DNA of 41,613 nucleotides from Trypethelium eluteriae (Eukaryota): NCBI GenBank assembly GCA_051942245.1, contig JAVECL010000158.1, positions 1 to 41,613 of the forward strand, read 5' to 3'. Shown piece by piece: positions 1 to 10,336 of this stretch (position 1 is its first letter; each line of letters starts with the position of its first letter). The notes under the pieces were generated by a model. It saw only the letters and a program-made list of their open reading frames with translations, ran no database searches and was not told where the DNA came from. The position numbers and the translations under genes were made by a program.

Positions 1-1
1 G

Positions 2-391
2 ACGAAAAGGAGGGAAGCGAGGGAGGAGCGGAGGGAGAAAAGGAGGAGGGAGAAGGAGGAGAGGAGGGAGAGAAGGAGGGAGGAAAGGAGGAAGAGGAAG
101 GGTGATGGAGAGGAGGCGGATGAAGAGGATATCGAAACAGAGTCGGAGGCTGGTTCGAGCGAGGCGTCATCGAAGTCAGGGTCCTCGGATTCGGAATCGG
201 ATGATGAGTCTAAAAGTCGGAGTCAGAAGGGTCCGATTCGCAATCGCTTTGGCCATGCATTTCAGTCAGTCGTCGCAGAGACGGGGTCTCGGGTACGGAT
301 CGATAGCTTCGAGCATTGCGTTGTTGAAGTCCGCAAGGAAGACTTGAGTGGGTTTCTAGAGGCTTTGAGTATGAAGGCTGTGGTTGGATAG
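2..391 (+). CDS. 3' end of a partial gene; Arg/Glu-rich charged tract, then Ser/Asp/Glu-rich linker and a short C-terminal segment
   Basis: Frame 2 is open from base 2 to TAG 389-391 (TKRREAREERREKRRREKEERR...SDSESDDE...VRIDSFEHCVVEVRKEDLSGFLEALSMKAVVG*). This explains the GA-rich start of the window. Confidence 0.65.
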   Translation, partial: TKRREAREERREKRRREKEERRERRREERRKRKGDGEEADEEDIETESEAGSSEASSKSGSSDSESDDESKSRSQKGPIRNRFGHAFQSVVAETGSRVRIDSFEHCVVEVRKEDLSGFLEALSMKAVVG

Positions 392-721
392 GTCAACAAA
401 CAGGCGTTTGTACATCAATGGGGCCATGAATGATTTATAGGTTATGAATAGGGCCCTAGGGTATTACATAAGAGTATTGCAATATCGCAGTGTCCCATAG
501 CACCATACGCTAAAACGAAGATAAATTCCTTCATTCGTCAAGAGCACTGTATATTTTGACCATTGCGAAACAACGATCCCACGACCGGCGTGACAATTGC
601 AGGAGGGGTATGACTGAAGTCTATGTCAGAATAGCCAGAACTGCTAACGAGATCGTGGCACCAGGTTGCCAATCCGCCCCCGGCAGTCTCAGCGGAGAGG
701 TACTAAGCGGAGCGTCAGGCC

Positions 722-2460
722 CTAGACATTATGATTCCCATTCCTCATCTTCATATCATGTTCATAAGTAGTTTGATGTGTCCCAATCCGGAAGAAGTGT
801 TTGAATCCCAACCAAGGCTCGTTCAACGGTGATTCAGGACCTGTGTAGATGAAAAAGTCGTAAAGGAAGCCACCAAAAGCGCACCCACAGAAGGGCGCTA
901 CCATGGGTATCTAAACTGCGTTAGGAAACAATGGAAATAGAAAGACTCAAGCATGGTGGTACGTACCCAAAAGTAATATCCACCTGCGCTCCAGACTTGA
1001 GGGCCATATCCGACGGCGTATGACATAAGTCGAGGACCAAAATCACGGGCAAGATTAATGGCATAACTGCAAAAGACATGAGCTGCGTTTCATCGAAGGA
1101 CTGGCGTGAAGGAAGATCAATAAGACCACGACTTACCCTGTTTCAAACCCAAAGCAAGCACCGAGACCGAAAATGAGGAAGAACAGTGAGAGTGGGAACC
1201 AATTCGTGGAACCCTATGACGAATTTAGCATCCGTCAAAGGTCATCTACGATGTTAAGACAGAAAAGGGTCTCGGGTCCCAAGAATACAGCGCAAGGCTC
1301 CTGCAGGAAGCTTCGCGCGCGTAGCATGATGGGATAGCGTGGCTGGTTTAGGGCACTTTACGTACCTTACTCAGCCCATTACGGTCATCTTTGAGTGCAA
1401 AAATGACAAACATCAATATCGTGCTTGCAATGAACTCCGAAAAGAACTGTCCGGGCTTTGTTAAGAAGGTTTGCGGATATGTGCAAAAGATTCCTGCCGT
1501 AGCCGTGTTGGAAGGGGGTACCGTGCGAATACCGTGACCTAAACTTGCCCTCAGTCGTCCACGATCGATAGCTCTCAGTAGATTGCTCGAAGACATACCT
1601 TCATAATTGTTGATGGCATTTAAGTAGTTCGCGTAGACGATGCTTAGATATGGTTAGGTCAAGGGCACAACGCGACCTTTCAGCAATCGAATCAACTCAC
1701 CCCGAGCCTACGAAAGCGCCAAGAACTTGAGCAACAAAGTATATCGGGAAACGCCTCCAGGGCAATTTGCGATAAATGCAGCTCGAGAAGGTGATAGCTA
1801 ATAGGCACAGAATTGTTAGTGCAATGGTCTCAGATCGACTTTGCCTGCATTTTACCTGGATTCAGATAGGCTCCGGAGTCTCCCGCAACATAGATGCCTG
1901 CAACCACGCACATCAGATCTACTCTCAATTCTGACGGGTCTTCTATCTTACCTAACATGACGCCTAGTCCCTGTAGGATTGATTAGCTTCGATGATTTCT
2001 AGGATCTCTTGTGAGAAAATCAGCTTACCCAGCCCCATGAGATTGACTGATATGCGCCATATCCATCTCCTAGTATTCGATCGATCAGAAGCCGTTTCTC
2101 TGACCAATGTGGACCTCAGGACATACCTCCGGGTGCGGACGCTTGGTTCTTGCTCAGCAGTACCTGCGCAACACTTCCATCTCCAAACAGAATCATGATC
2201 ATCGTACCAAAGAATTCTGCAAATGGCTCTCGCAATACAAGCCTGATCCGAGGCCAGAGAAGGTTCATTTGATGGATTTCGTCATCTTCATATTTAACTG
2301 GGTGTTGCGGGTGAAGGCCTAGCTTGGAGCGAGCCCTAGACAGCGTAGATGTGGCGCCCTCAAAACTCGAGGCGACCTGTGGACTAGATACATGTTCTTG
2401 ATGGTCGCTATGAGTTAAGATCGTCTCGGGCTTGTCAGGGTTCAGTTGTTCTTGGGACAT
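722..2460 (-). CDS. Aquaglyceroporin (MIP family), multi-exon
   Basis: Spliced exons give AEFFGTMIMILFGDG, GAYQSISWGW, SGAYLNP|A, TAGIFCTYP, GFETG|YAINLARDFGPR and MVAPFCGCAFGGFLYD, with GT-AG introns (e.g. 2070-2126). The start codon is uncertain. Confidence 0.93.
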
Positions 2461-3161
2461 CTTCGAAGCTTGACGGCCTTCGATGGCTCTTGGGCCTGGC
2501 CAACGAGAATGGTAATGAGAGGAAACTTAAAGCAAAACTGCGTTTGCGAAAACCATGGAAGACCTTTGCAAGACAAGTGAGGAAATCTGAGAGCCCTCTT
2601 CCTGTGAGGAGAAGGCCACCCTGGGGCTCTTAGGTGGAGCAGGGGCGGCATAATTGTTCACCAATGACGACATGGCGGCGAGATACGAAGCAAAAATTCT
2701 GAAAGAGCACACCTCGGACCGACGTAAGAAGTAGGGACTAGAGCAAGATGGGTAGAAAAAGGGTAGTACATGCTTCGTACCCCAGCGCCCGTTTTGCGGG
2801 GTCGGGTACACCAAGCCGTGTACAGAGTGATCGCCGCTACTAAGAACTACCTCAGGATCTACGATGCCATAAGTACCATCCGATGTGCCCTTCGGTCTCA
2901 CTCCCCGTTCAGGGACCAACACCGATGAACGGTCCATCAGAAGTGCCGATGGCATATGGGTACTTCGAATATGCCGAACTGTGACCTGGGGTTTGAAGGA
3001 AATTAGTACTAATGGATCCATAGTTTTACATTTTCGTCTAAGTAGCAGGATGTATGAGTTGGTAAGTGGACAATGTCAATGAAAGAATCGGCATGGAGAT
3101 CCGTATGTCCCTGTATCTACCCGTACAGCTCATCAAGTCTGTGTCCCTCTGCACCTGCTTA

Positions 3162-6140
3162 TCAGACGGTCGTATTAAAAGCATCATCTTCATCGGTGAC
3201 ACCCGGAGCCACTTCTTTGGTATCGTCAGCCTTCTGCTGAGCATTTCCTAACATACGATCCTCATCTTGGAGAGCCTTGGTCTCACTGGCACCTGGCTCC
3301 AGTGCTGCCACAACTGTTGTGGCTTCTTCAGGATGAATGTGGGAATCGGGGTCTTCGATTTCGTTCTCGAGAATCATGGATTCGGGCGCATCGGTCTGAC
3401 CAGCTGGTGTAGGTGAGGAAGATGATGAGCCTATATGCGTCCGTGCCTCCTTAAACCTATCTTTCGAATTATCAACCAGAGGCGAATCGTCGTTGTAGAT
3501 CCGGAGAAGCATAGCCCTGTTCAGTAAGTTGGACGCGGCCGTCAAGCTAGAATATCGCGCAACTCACTTTCGCTCTTCCTTCGGAAGCATCAGATTTAGT
3601 GACCACATGCTTCTCCAAAGCGGCAGGACTATGCGCTCCCTAATCATGGTCAGTCAAGCTCTCTGCCAGTTTACACGCGAGAATATACTTGAATCCGTCT
3701 TCATCGTCACTGGTCTCTACTCTTAGAACACAGCATCCCATGGAAATATCTCTAACCCGCTCTCCTATCTCACCAAGCTTTTTCCATCCTTCTTGTCCAA
3801 TGTGCGGGAACATCTCAATGAGAAGTTTTCGAAGTGTGCTCTTCTTATAGAGCCGTACGATTCTGTCCTCTCCAACCCATTGTTCGATTATGGGCAAGCC
3901 TTCAGACTGAATCCGCCATCGGCAAGTATTGGGGCCTTGAGCATCCTGCTTGACGAACATCTTGACGCCACAGTGGACGAACCTCATACCCTTGCCTTCA
4001 TTCTCCACGAGAATCTGTTTGGCGAGTGCCGAAGTATAGTAGATTGCCTTGACAGGTTGGCCAGTAGCGTTTCTGACCATGAAGCGATCCCGCGGAAACC
4101 TGTCGGAGAGCTCGTAGAAAGAGTAAATGAACTGAAGTTCTGTGTGATTGGGGTCTAAGTATTTGAAGGGTTCTTCGTGTGGCTGCTTAGAATTCTGTTT
4201 CGTGCCATTGCTAGCTTCTACCGTGAGACCGTTGCGAGTGACCGTTGACTCCATATCCATGCTGGGTGGCAGAGGCCAGTGTTCTTTATGCTGGGGCGCT
4301 GCTACTTCTTCAGGCTCCAGTCTCGCTCGCTTCGCTGGTGTTTCAGATGCCTCCACATCCTCCAAAACCCGCTTTCCTTCGGTCTTCTGAATAGCTTCAG
4401 CCTCTTCAGGTGGCTGATTCTGCCTCACAACTGGAGGCTCATTGCCCTCACCCGCATCATTGTTCACATCGACCTTAGTTGGGGCAATCTCCTCTAGAGT
4501 GACAAGATTATCCGTACTCTCGCCTCTTTCGGTACGAGATTCAATCTCTTTCACCACTGAGATTATTGTAGGTTTCCCATTCGCCCCATTTGCGTTCTTA
4601 GGTTCCGATTCTGGCCGCGTCCTGATTTCAGAGCGCTTTTCTAAGACCGTTATGAAAAAGCCACCGGTATCCTGGAGATGAGGATAAACTCTCATACAAT
4701 GATGCAAGGGGATCGAAGATATTCCTTCGGCCGTGGTTGGAGCGAACATACTCTCCAGAAGACCATCAACTCCTTTCCTGGGGCTTTCAGAGTCACCTTC
4801 GGCTTTGACCTTCTCTACCTCATCCCAAGAATTCCATATACGAGCGCTTTTGTCCATGACCTTCCAATCACTGAAGCCTGGGACCCTCTTGAGTCCTGGA
4901 AGTTCGCTACTGCAGTCAAGTACCGCGACCTTCTCCAAACCCCCGCAGCGATCTATAGCAGAGGCAACCACTGCTTCGTTTTCAATGGGATTCATGCTGC
5001 AGGTCGAATACACGACGCGACCGCCAGGTTTCAGCATTTGAAGAGCTCTCACCAAGATCCTCATCTGCATCGGATGAAGGCCAATGGCATTCCCAGGAAG
5101 CCAATCCTTCCAGACGTTGAGATTCTTCCGGGCTGTACCATCTCCGCAGCAAGGGACGTCAGCGAGGACGCGATCGAACTTGAGATAGGCATTCTTGCGG
5201 CCGGGGATCTTTATCGATGGAAACAGTGTTGCGTCGTGATTGGTGACGATCAGGTTGGGGGAATTCAGCCGTTTCATTTGGTGGACTAACATGTGTGCTC
5301 TCCTGTAATCCTTGTCATTCGCAATGAGAAGGCCAGTCGAACGACCGTCATCGGGCCCGTCTTCCTCTGTTGCAGCTTGATCCTTTCCCGCTTCGATTTC
5401 CATTCCGTCTGGGCTTAAGTCCCGCCCCTCCTGTTGAGCAATACGACGCACAACTTTGCGAACTCGCGCTTCTTCACCACCGTGCACCATCTCTATCAAT
5501 TGTGCTGATTTGCTTCCTGGCGCCGCACACAGGTCGAGAACAGTCATGCCCGGCTTGATATCCATCAATAGAGGAGGAATCATGCTAACGATTTCTTGTC
5601 GCGTGATATTTCCGACGCTCGACTCTGAGACTAGAAACTTCTGAAAAGAGGCGAATGGTGGGAATCTGCGAACGACATTCTTCGGGGTCGTCATTGACCA
5701 TGCAAGGTGCTCTGGGTACCATGATATTGGCGCGGGAGGGGCTACGAACTCGCCATCGAACTTGACTTTGACGATCTCAGGAATGTACCGGTCTATTAGA
5801 TGCTGCTGAACCGTCAGAGCGTGGCTGCAAATTGTTAGGAAAAGTGACTCGATAGTGAACTAATGGAATAGAGCTTTACCCTTTGGATCCAGCAAATCGG
5901 AAAGAATTAGGTAGCTCTTGCCGAAGTGAGGCCCAAAATGCCTCACGTTCATCTTCGGGGACCAGCTGTAGCGTATTGTAATATCGTTCATATTTTTCGT
6001 TGTGTCTGTCAAGCTCCTGCGCGTTCGTTCTATTACCGCCACGGCCAGCTCGTCCACCGCGATTGTACTTCTAGTGAGTTAGTCACTGTGGAATCAATGT
6101 AGTGTGAATGACTTACATTCTTCTTACCGCGCTTCCCCAT
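3162..6140 (-). CDS. NCL1: Multisite tRNA (cytosine-5)-methyltransferase Ncl1/Trm4 (NSUN2 family), multi-exon
   Basis: Motifs RQEIVSMIPP, VLDLCAAPGSKS, FDRVLADVPCCGDGT and VYSTCSMNPIENE. First exon MGKRGKKN starts at 6140 and is followed by a GTAAGT intron; the last exon ends at 3162. Confidence 0.96.
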
Positions 6141-6594
6141 GTCTATGTGGGAGTTGGGAAAGGATGGGCGATGTAGACGTCAAGATGGAAAATCGAAGCT
6201 TAAGGTGGGTCAACATTTTGCCGGGCAGAATTTCCCCCGCCTCCGTCATTTGCGGACAGAATAAATTCTACTCTACCTGTCGGAAACTACATCTCCCCAT
6301 ACATGAACCTACTCCTACGATACTATAAGGACCAGCTTCACTTGACTGTTACATATTGTACTCCGTTCTTGAGGACGAGATCGCTTCTGCATATTACAAA
6401 GACTTGAGTTTGGAGGCATTCAGCGCATGCATGACCCCGACTCTTTTCCATACCAGAAATATTGAATATGCCTCTCGGTTCGACAGGTGCCTGGCATACA
6501 AATAAGCGTCCGAGCAGTACTCAACCCTCCAGATGTATTCATGTTGCTTCATGCAGCAGTATAATCGCATCCTTTCCCTAATGTAGCTTATTGG

Positions 6595-7689
6595 TCATTG
6601 TCCAGGAACGAAAATTCCAATCTGGACTCTTCTATCCTCAACCCACAGTCTCCATTTTCCTATCCAACTCTCACTAGGTGAGTCGTCAGATCCCACACGC
6701 GAGTCCTCAACGTCGAATTCCACAATGGCCCGCCCTGCCCAGCCAGCATACGGTCTGGTACGCGAGCTAACAATGCCATTGCCTGCTATATCTGTTGAGC
6801 GACGCCTAGTATATCCTACAAGTTCAGGTTCTCGCCCCAAAAACTGGTGCAGGTTATCCCTGAGCAGCTCAATTTCACGCTGATATGCAAAAGGCGTGGT
6901 AATGCCCATCGCTCTATCCAAGTCATTGGATAAAACGCTAATAATAAAGACGGCTGGCTGATATTCCGCCGACAGAATTCGTCCTCTTGCTGTGAGGGCT
7001 CTCAACCCAACAAGGTTTCCTTCTAGGATAGTGTTGTAGGTGTAGCCTAAGAAACTTTCATCATCCTGCTCTTCACCTTCTTCGGTCCTAAAGAAGGGTG
7101 ACTCCCATGAATGGGAGAGAAAGACACCTTTTGAGGATATAACTGCGACAGCCGTGCATCCAGTCAATTCATCGACTCCGACAGCAGACTTTCCTGAGTC
7201 GGGGAATGCCCATGCCCCAGTCGTCGTTCGGGATTCATTACCGCCACGATCGTGCCGAACCCATTGACGTTCTCGAGCAACAAAGTTTGACAGCACCCTA
7301 ACATATTGTCTTCGATCACGAAGCTCTGGAACCGGTATTAGGGTTCGCTTTTGTGGACGGCGTGTTCGATTCGCTACTCCAGCCATGTCAACCTTTATGG
7401 GGGATGACTCATCGAAATCGTCAAAGGTAGCATTTGCCATCACAGCGGCGTTAGGAATCTTGATATTGCTAGCAGCTCCTGGTGGTTGACCAGAGTCAGT
7501 GCTACACAGAGCATCGCAAGTATTTATCGCACATAGCGTTTCATTGCGGAAGAGCGGTTTCAGATTGCTTATTGAACTAGTAGGAAGGTTGGCCTGGGCT
7601 CCATTACCTAAGAGAGCGAGGTAGAAAATGGTTCTACCAATGAATTCAAGTACACTGCTTATTCTGTGCTTCTTTTTCGGAGCGCTCAT
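6595..7689 (-). CDS. Probably secreted hypothetical protein, 364 aa, with a Cys/His dyad (candidate CNF1/CheD-like deamidase)
   Basis: Intronless ORF. Basic then hydrophobic N-terminus ending GAQA, a KR site at residues 114-115, and the motif DELTGCTAVAVISSKGVFLSHSWE (C178, H193). Confidence 0.8.
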   Translation of the reverse strand: MSAPKKKHRISSVLEFIGRTIFYLALLGNGAQANLPTSSISNLKPLFRNETLCAINTCDALCSTDSGQPPGAASNIKIPNAAVMANATFDDFDESSPIKVDMAGVANRTRRPQKRTLIPVPELRDRRQYVRVLSNFVARERQWVRHDRGGNESRTTTGAWAFPDSGKSAVGVDELTGCTAVAVISSKGVFLSHSWESPFFRTEEGEEQDDESFLGYTYNTILEGNLVGLRALTARGRILSAEYQPAVFIISVLSNDLDRAMGITTPFAYQREIELLRDNLHQFLGREPELVGYTRRRSTDIAGNGIVSSRTRPYAGWAGRAIVEFDVEDSRVGSDDSPSESWIGKWRLWVEDRRVQIGIFVPGQ

Positions 7690-9049
7690 TGTGAGTGGGT
7701 CGAAAACGGTAAGTGTAGCCAGAAGTGATACGAAAACTTACGAAGATCAAACCGGAGGACAGCTGGGAAGACATAAGTTACTCTACAAAGAAGCCGTGTG
7801 GCAAGTAGAGGATTCCACACAAGACACACTTCCATTATCCAATGAAGACATGTCGGTGAGGAGATTCATCGACCAATTTGGTTCCAATGAAACTGCCGAT
7901 CGAATCAATCATTGAAATATCTAGATGTTTACGACACGACAGACATGTGATTTGAGATGAAAAGTCCAGATCATGAGTAATAAATACAGGCCTTACAGGC
8001 AACATATAGAACAGGTGGTGCAGTTCCTCTGGTAGACGGACTGATCATGCAGAGCATTTCTAAAGATCTCCAGGGTCAAGCGAGGAAGTGTGTCTAGCAA
8101 AGATCCTCGATGAGTATTCCGTAGATTCGGTCCGTGAGACCGGCTTGGCGAATTCTGACAGGCTGAGTACAGGCCAGGTGTCTAAGGCATCTGTAGACCA
8201 TCGGCAGACTCCGTGCCTTAACAAATCTGCTTACCCTCGGCTAGGTCACGCCGTCTCACGGCCTCTAGTTGTGCATAATGGCATGCTATATTGTTTACCT
8301 GAGTCTGCCATGGGATTGGAAAGTCATAAGCATCGAATCGGTTTGGGTACCATCTCTTGTAACGTCGAATTATCATCAACGATTACCACTCAGTAAAAGT
8401 ACAAGTCGTTCTTCAGCTTCGCTGTTCCGGAAGTGCCGTGTGCTTAATGGACTTCAGTCGTTGGTAGTTGTCGGATGCGCCGAAAGCCAGCCTGGCAGTT
8501 CCGAGGCAGTGCTCTATCGCATTACCTAGTAGCTTGCACGGTGCGGACCCACTCTATTGGAACCACTGCTCGGTAAGGTAATTTCACCTTTTCTGAAATG
8601 GGATACTCTAAACTGTGGAGTACCTACCTACCTATATTACAACATGCACAAAAGGGCATCGAGTGCTCCTACGGGGACCTCAGTTCACTCAGTCGGTATT
8701 CTCCAATTCCCCTTTCGCCACGGGATCAATGCGGGCGGGCATACTCTGCTCGCTCAGAGGATAGACGTGCGCAGCTCGGCAGACTGCAGAGGATTCTCTG
8801 CGGTCATCTACTGTATCTGTTGATCCAATAGCAGATCAACAACTACTGCCCCTGCTGGTATACTAATACACTTCCAGATGTACAGGCTGAATCAGACCAG
8901 CTTCCTTCTTTATGCTTCCTTATCCAATTTGTACCAAGGCAGTGCTCTCGTTGACCGGAACCTGTGCATGTCGGCATGGTTGGATATGGCAACGAAGCGG
9001 AGCGGGCGTCTTGGATACTGGAGTAACGTGATGTCGCATTCGCAGTTCC

Positions 9050-10055
9050 TCAGTATCCTGTTGGGTAAAGTTCAATGTTAACGAGAGTTATATTTCCTGC
9101 GTTTACTTATTTTCTTTCTCTCCTCGATAGCCTTCATATGTCCTTGCAATATATCTATGACTCGACCGAGGTTGCTGAGTCCATCTGTCGCCCTCTTGTT
9201 GCGCGTTTCGAGTGACATAGCACGTCAAGCTTCTGCAATATGGGACAGAATATCGGTGGAATCAATAAATTCCTCCCATGTTGTCAGGTGCAACCCCGGA
9301 ATCTACCACAAATTCAGCTTGCTGACGCAGTATCAGACAGTGCTCGTCCTCGCTTTTACCTTGCTAGCCTGGATAAATTCGGGCAGGCTGTAGATCATTC
9401 CGCAAGCTTCGAATATCATCAACTGCTCGGTGAAGTCCAATGCTGTTGCAGGGCTCATAGTTTCTTCCAACTCCTTACGAAATTCTTGTTCGGTAATCTT
9501 CTTGTAGGAAATGAGAATTTTATAGACTAAAAGAATGATCGAGACGTTTGTATTAGCTGCAATATGGTAGTGTTTTGACCATATCGAGCTCATATCCTAC
9601 CTCTTCCAATAGCTTCAGCTTTTTCTTGTTCAGTGAGAGCCTGAGAAAAGAAAGCAATCTCCTGCTGCTGGTACATCTCACCATGACGAATGACGGATTT
9701 AGTGACGCTTGTATCGTAGGAAATCGCATGGAAGTTACTGGTCAAAGTACCTTACGGCGGCTGGGGGGTTCCTCAACAGGTAATCAATACAATGTTATTT
9801 TGAGTTTACTGTTAAGACCTTGTTGGTCCATGTTAACACCGCCTTAACATGGGCCAACATGGTCATAACAGTTGAACTGAGGTAACATTGTATTGATTAC
9901 CTGTTGAGGAACCCCCCAGCCGCCGTAAGGTAAGTACTCAATTTAGCCCCAAGTTCCCGGAGGGGAGAGTTCTTCTTTATGGGAAAGTTTTCCGATGCGG
10001 GCCTAATTTTGCTATTTTGACGAAATATCTTGCGAGTAAATTGAGAGGGTTCCAT
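9050..10055 (-). pseudogene. Spliced hypothetical gene disrupted by the hairpin element and by an in-frame TGA
   Basis: The frame from ATG 10055 continues across the insertion once 187 bp are removed. Introns 9527-9600 (GTAGGA..GCTAAT..TAG) and 9303-9359 join the exons in frame. Premature TGA at 9225-9227; the 3' end is uncertain. Confidence 0.65.
9748..9932. mobile_element. MITE-like/foldback element, 185 bp, with 50-bp perfect terminal inverted repeats
   Basis: 9748-9797 (TACCTTACGGCGGCTGGGGGGTTCCTCAACAGGTAATCAATACAATGTTA) is the exact reverse complement of 9883-9932. Imperfect pairing continues to a 7-nt loop (9837-9843). Short flanking duplication present; no coding capacity. Confidence 0.88.
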
Positions 10056-10182
10056 TAGGACCTAGCTTTTTGGATAATTGGAATCTTATCTTTTAGTGCG
10101 GAGCACTCGGTCGTAAGTTGTGGAGTCATTGAATTAAAAGTCAGACTGGGCGGACGCGTGCGTTTTACTCTAATGAGATGAG

Positions 10183-10203
10183 TCTCCGCTGACTCAGCGG
10201 AGA
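10183..10203. promoter_or_regulatory. 21-bp palindrome centred on TGACTCA (Gcn4/CpcA-type site) with everted CCG/CGG triplets
   Basis: TCTCCGC-TGACTCA-GCGGAGA, in the short region between the divergent pseudogene and the Zn2Cys6 TF. Confidence 0.45.
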
Positions 10204-10336
10204 TGTGTACTCTACCGCATCCTGTTCCTGTCGTGCCTGTCAGCACTCACCAGGACGGCTTCGCGGGCGACCTATTCAGGGCAATCATGGGCTGTTCATC
10301 CAGACACAGCAGGCTCATCGTCTCATCTCATGTTTT

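Noticed and set aside
1..105. GA-rich tract as a microsatellite or repeat
   Set aside because: Explained by the Arg/Glu/Lys codons of the partial frame-2 CDS.
1040..1066. NLA instead of NPA in the second aquaglyceroporin loop
   Set aside because: A known variant in fungal aquaglyceroporins such as Fps1; not novel.
2527..3021. 164-aa ORF upstream of the aquaglyceroporin
   Set aside because: No motif, and I could not splice it in frame to the channel; possibly a uORF or chance ORF.
4678..5289. Long antisense ORFs over NCL1 (and similar ones over HIS5 and the permease)
   Set aside because: Shadow ORFs of real genes on the opposite strand.
8690..8830. CRAAHVYP on the minus strand resembling a fungal HNH motif
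   Set aside because: Short match in a frame with several stops and no other HNH residues.
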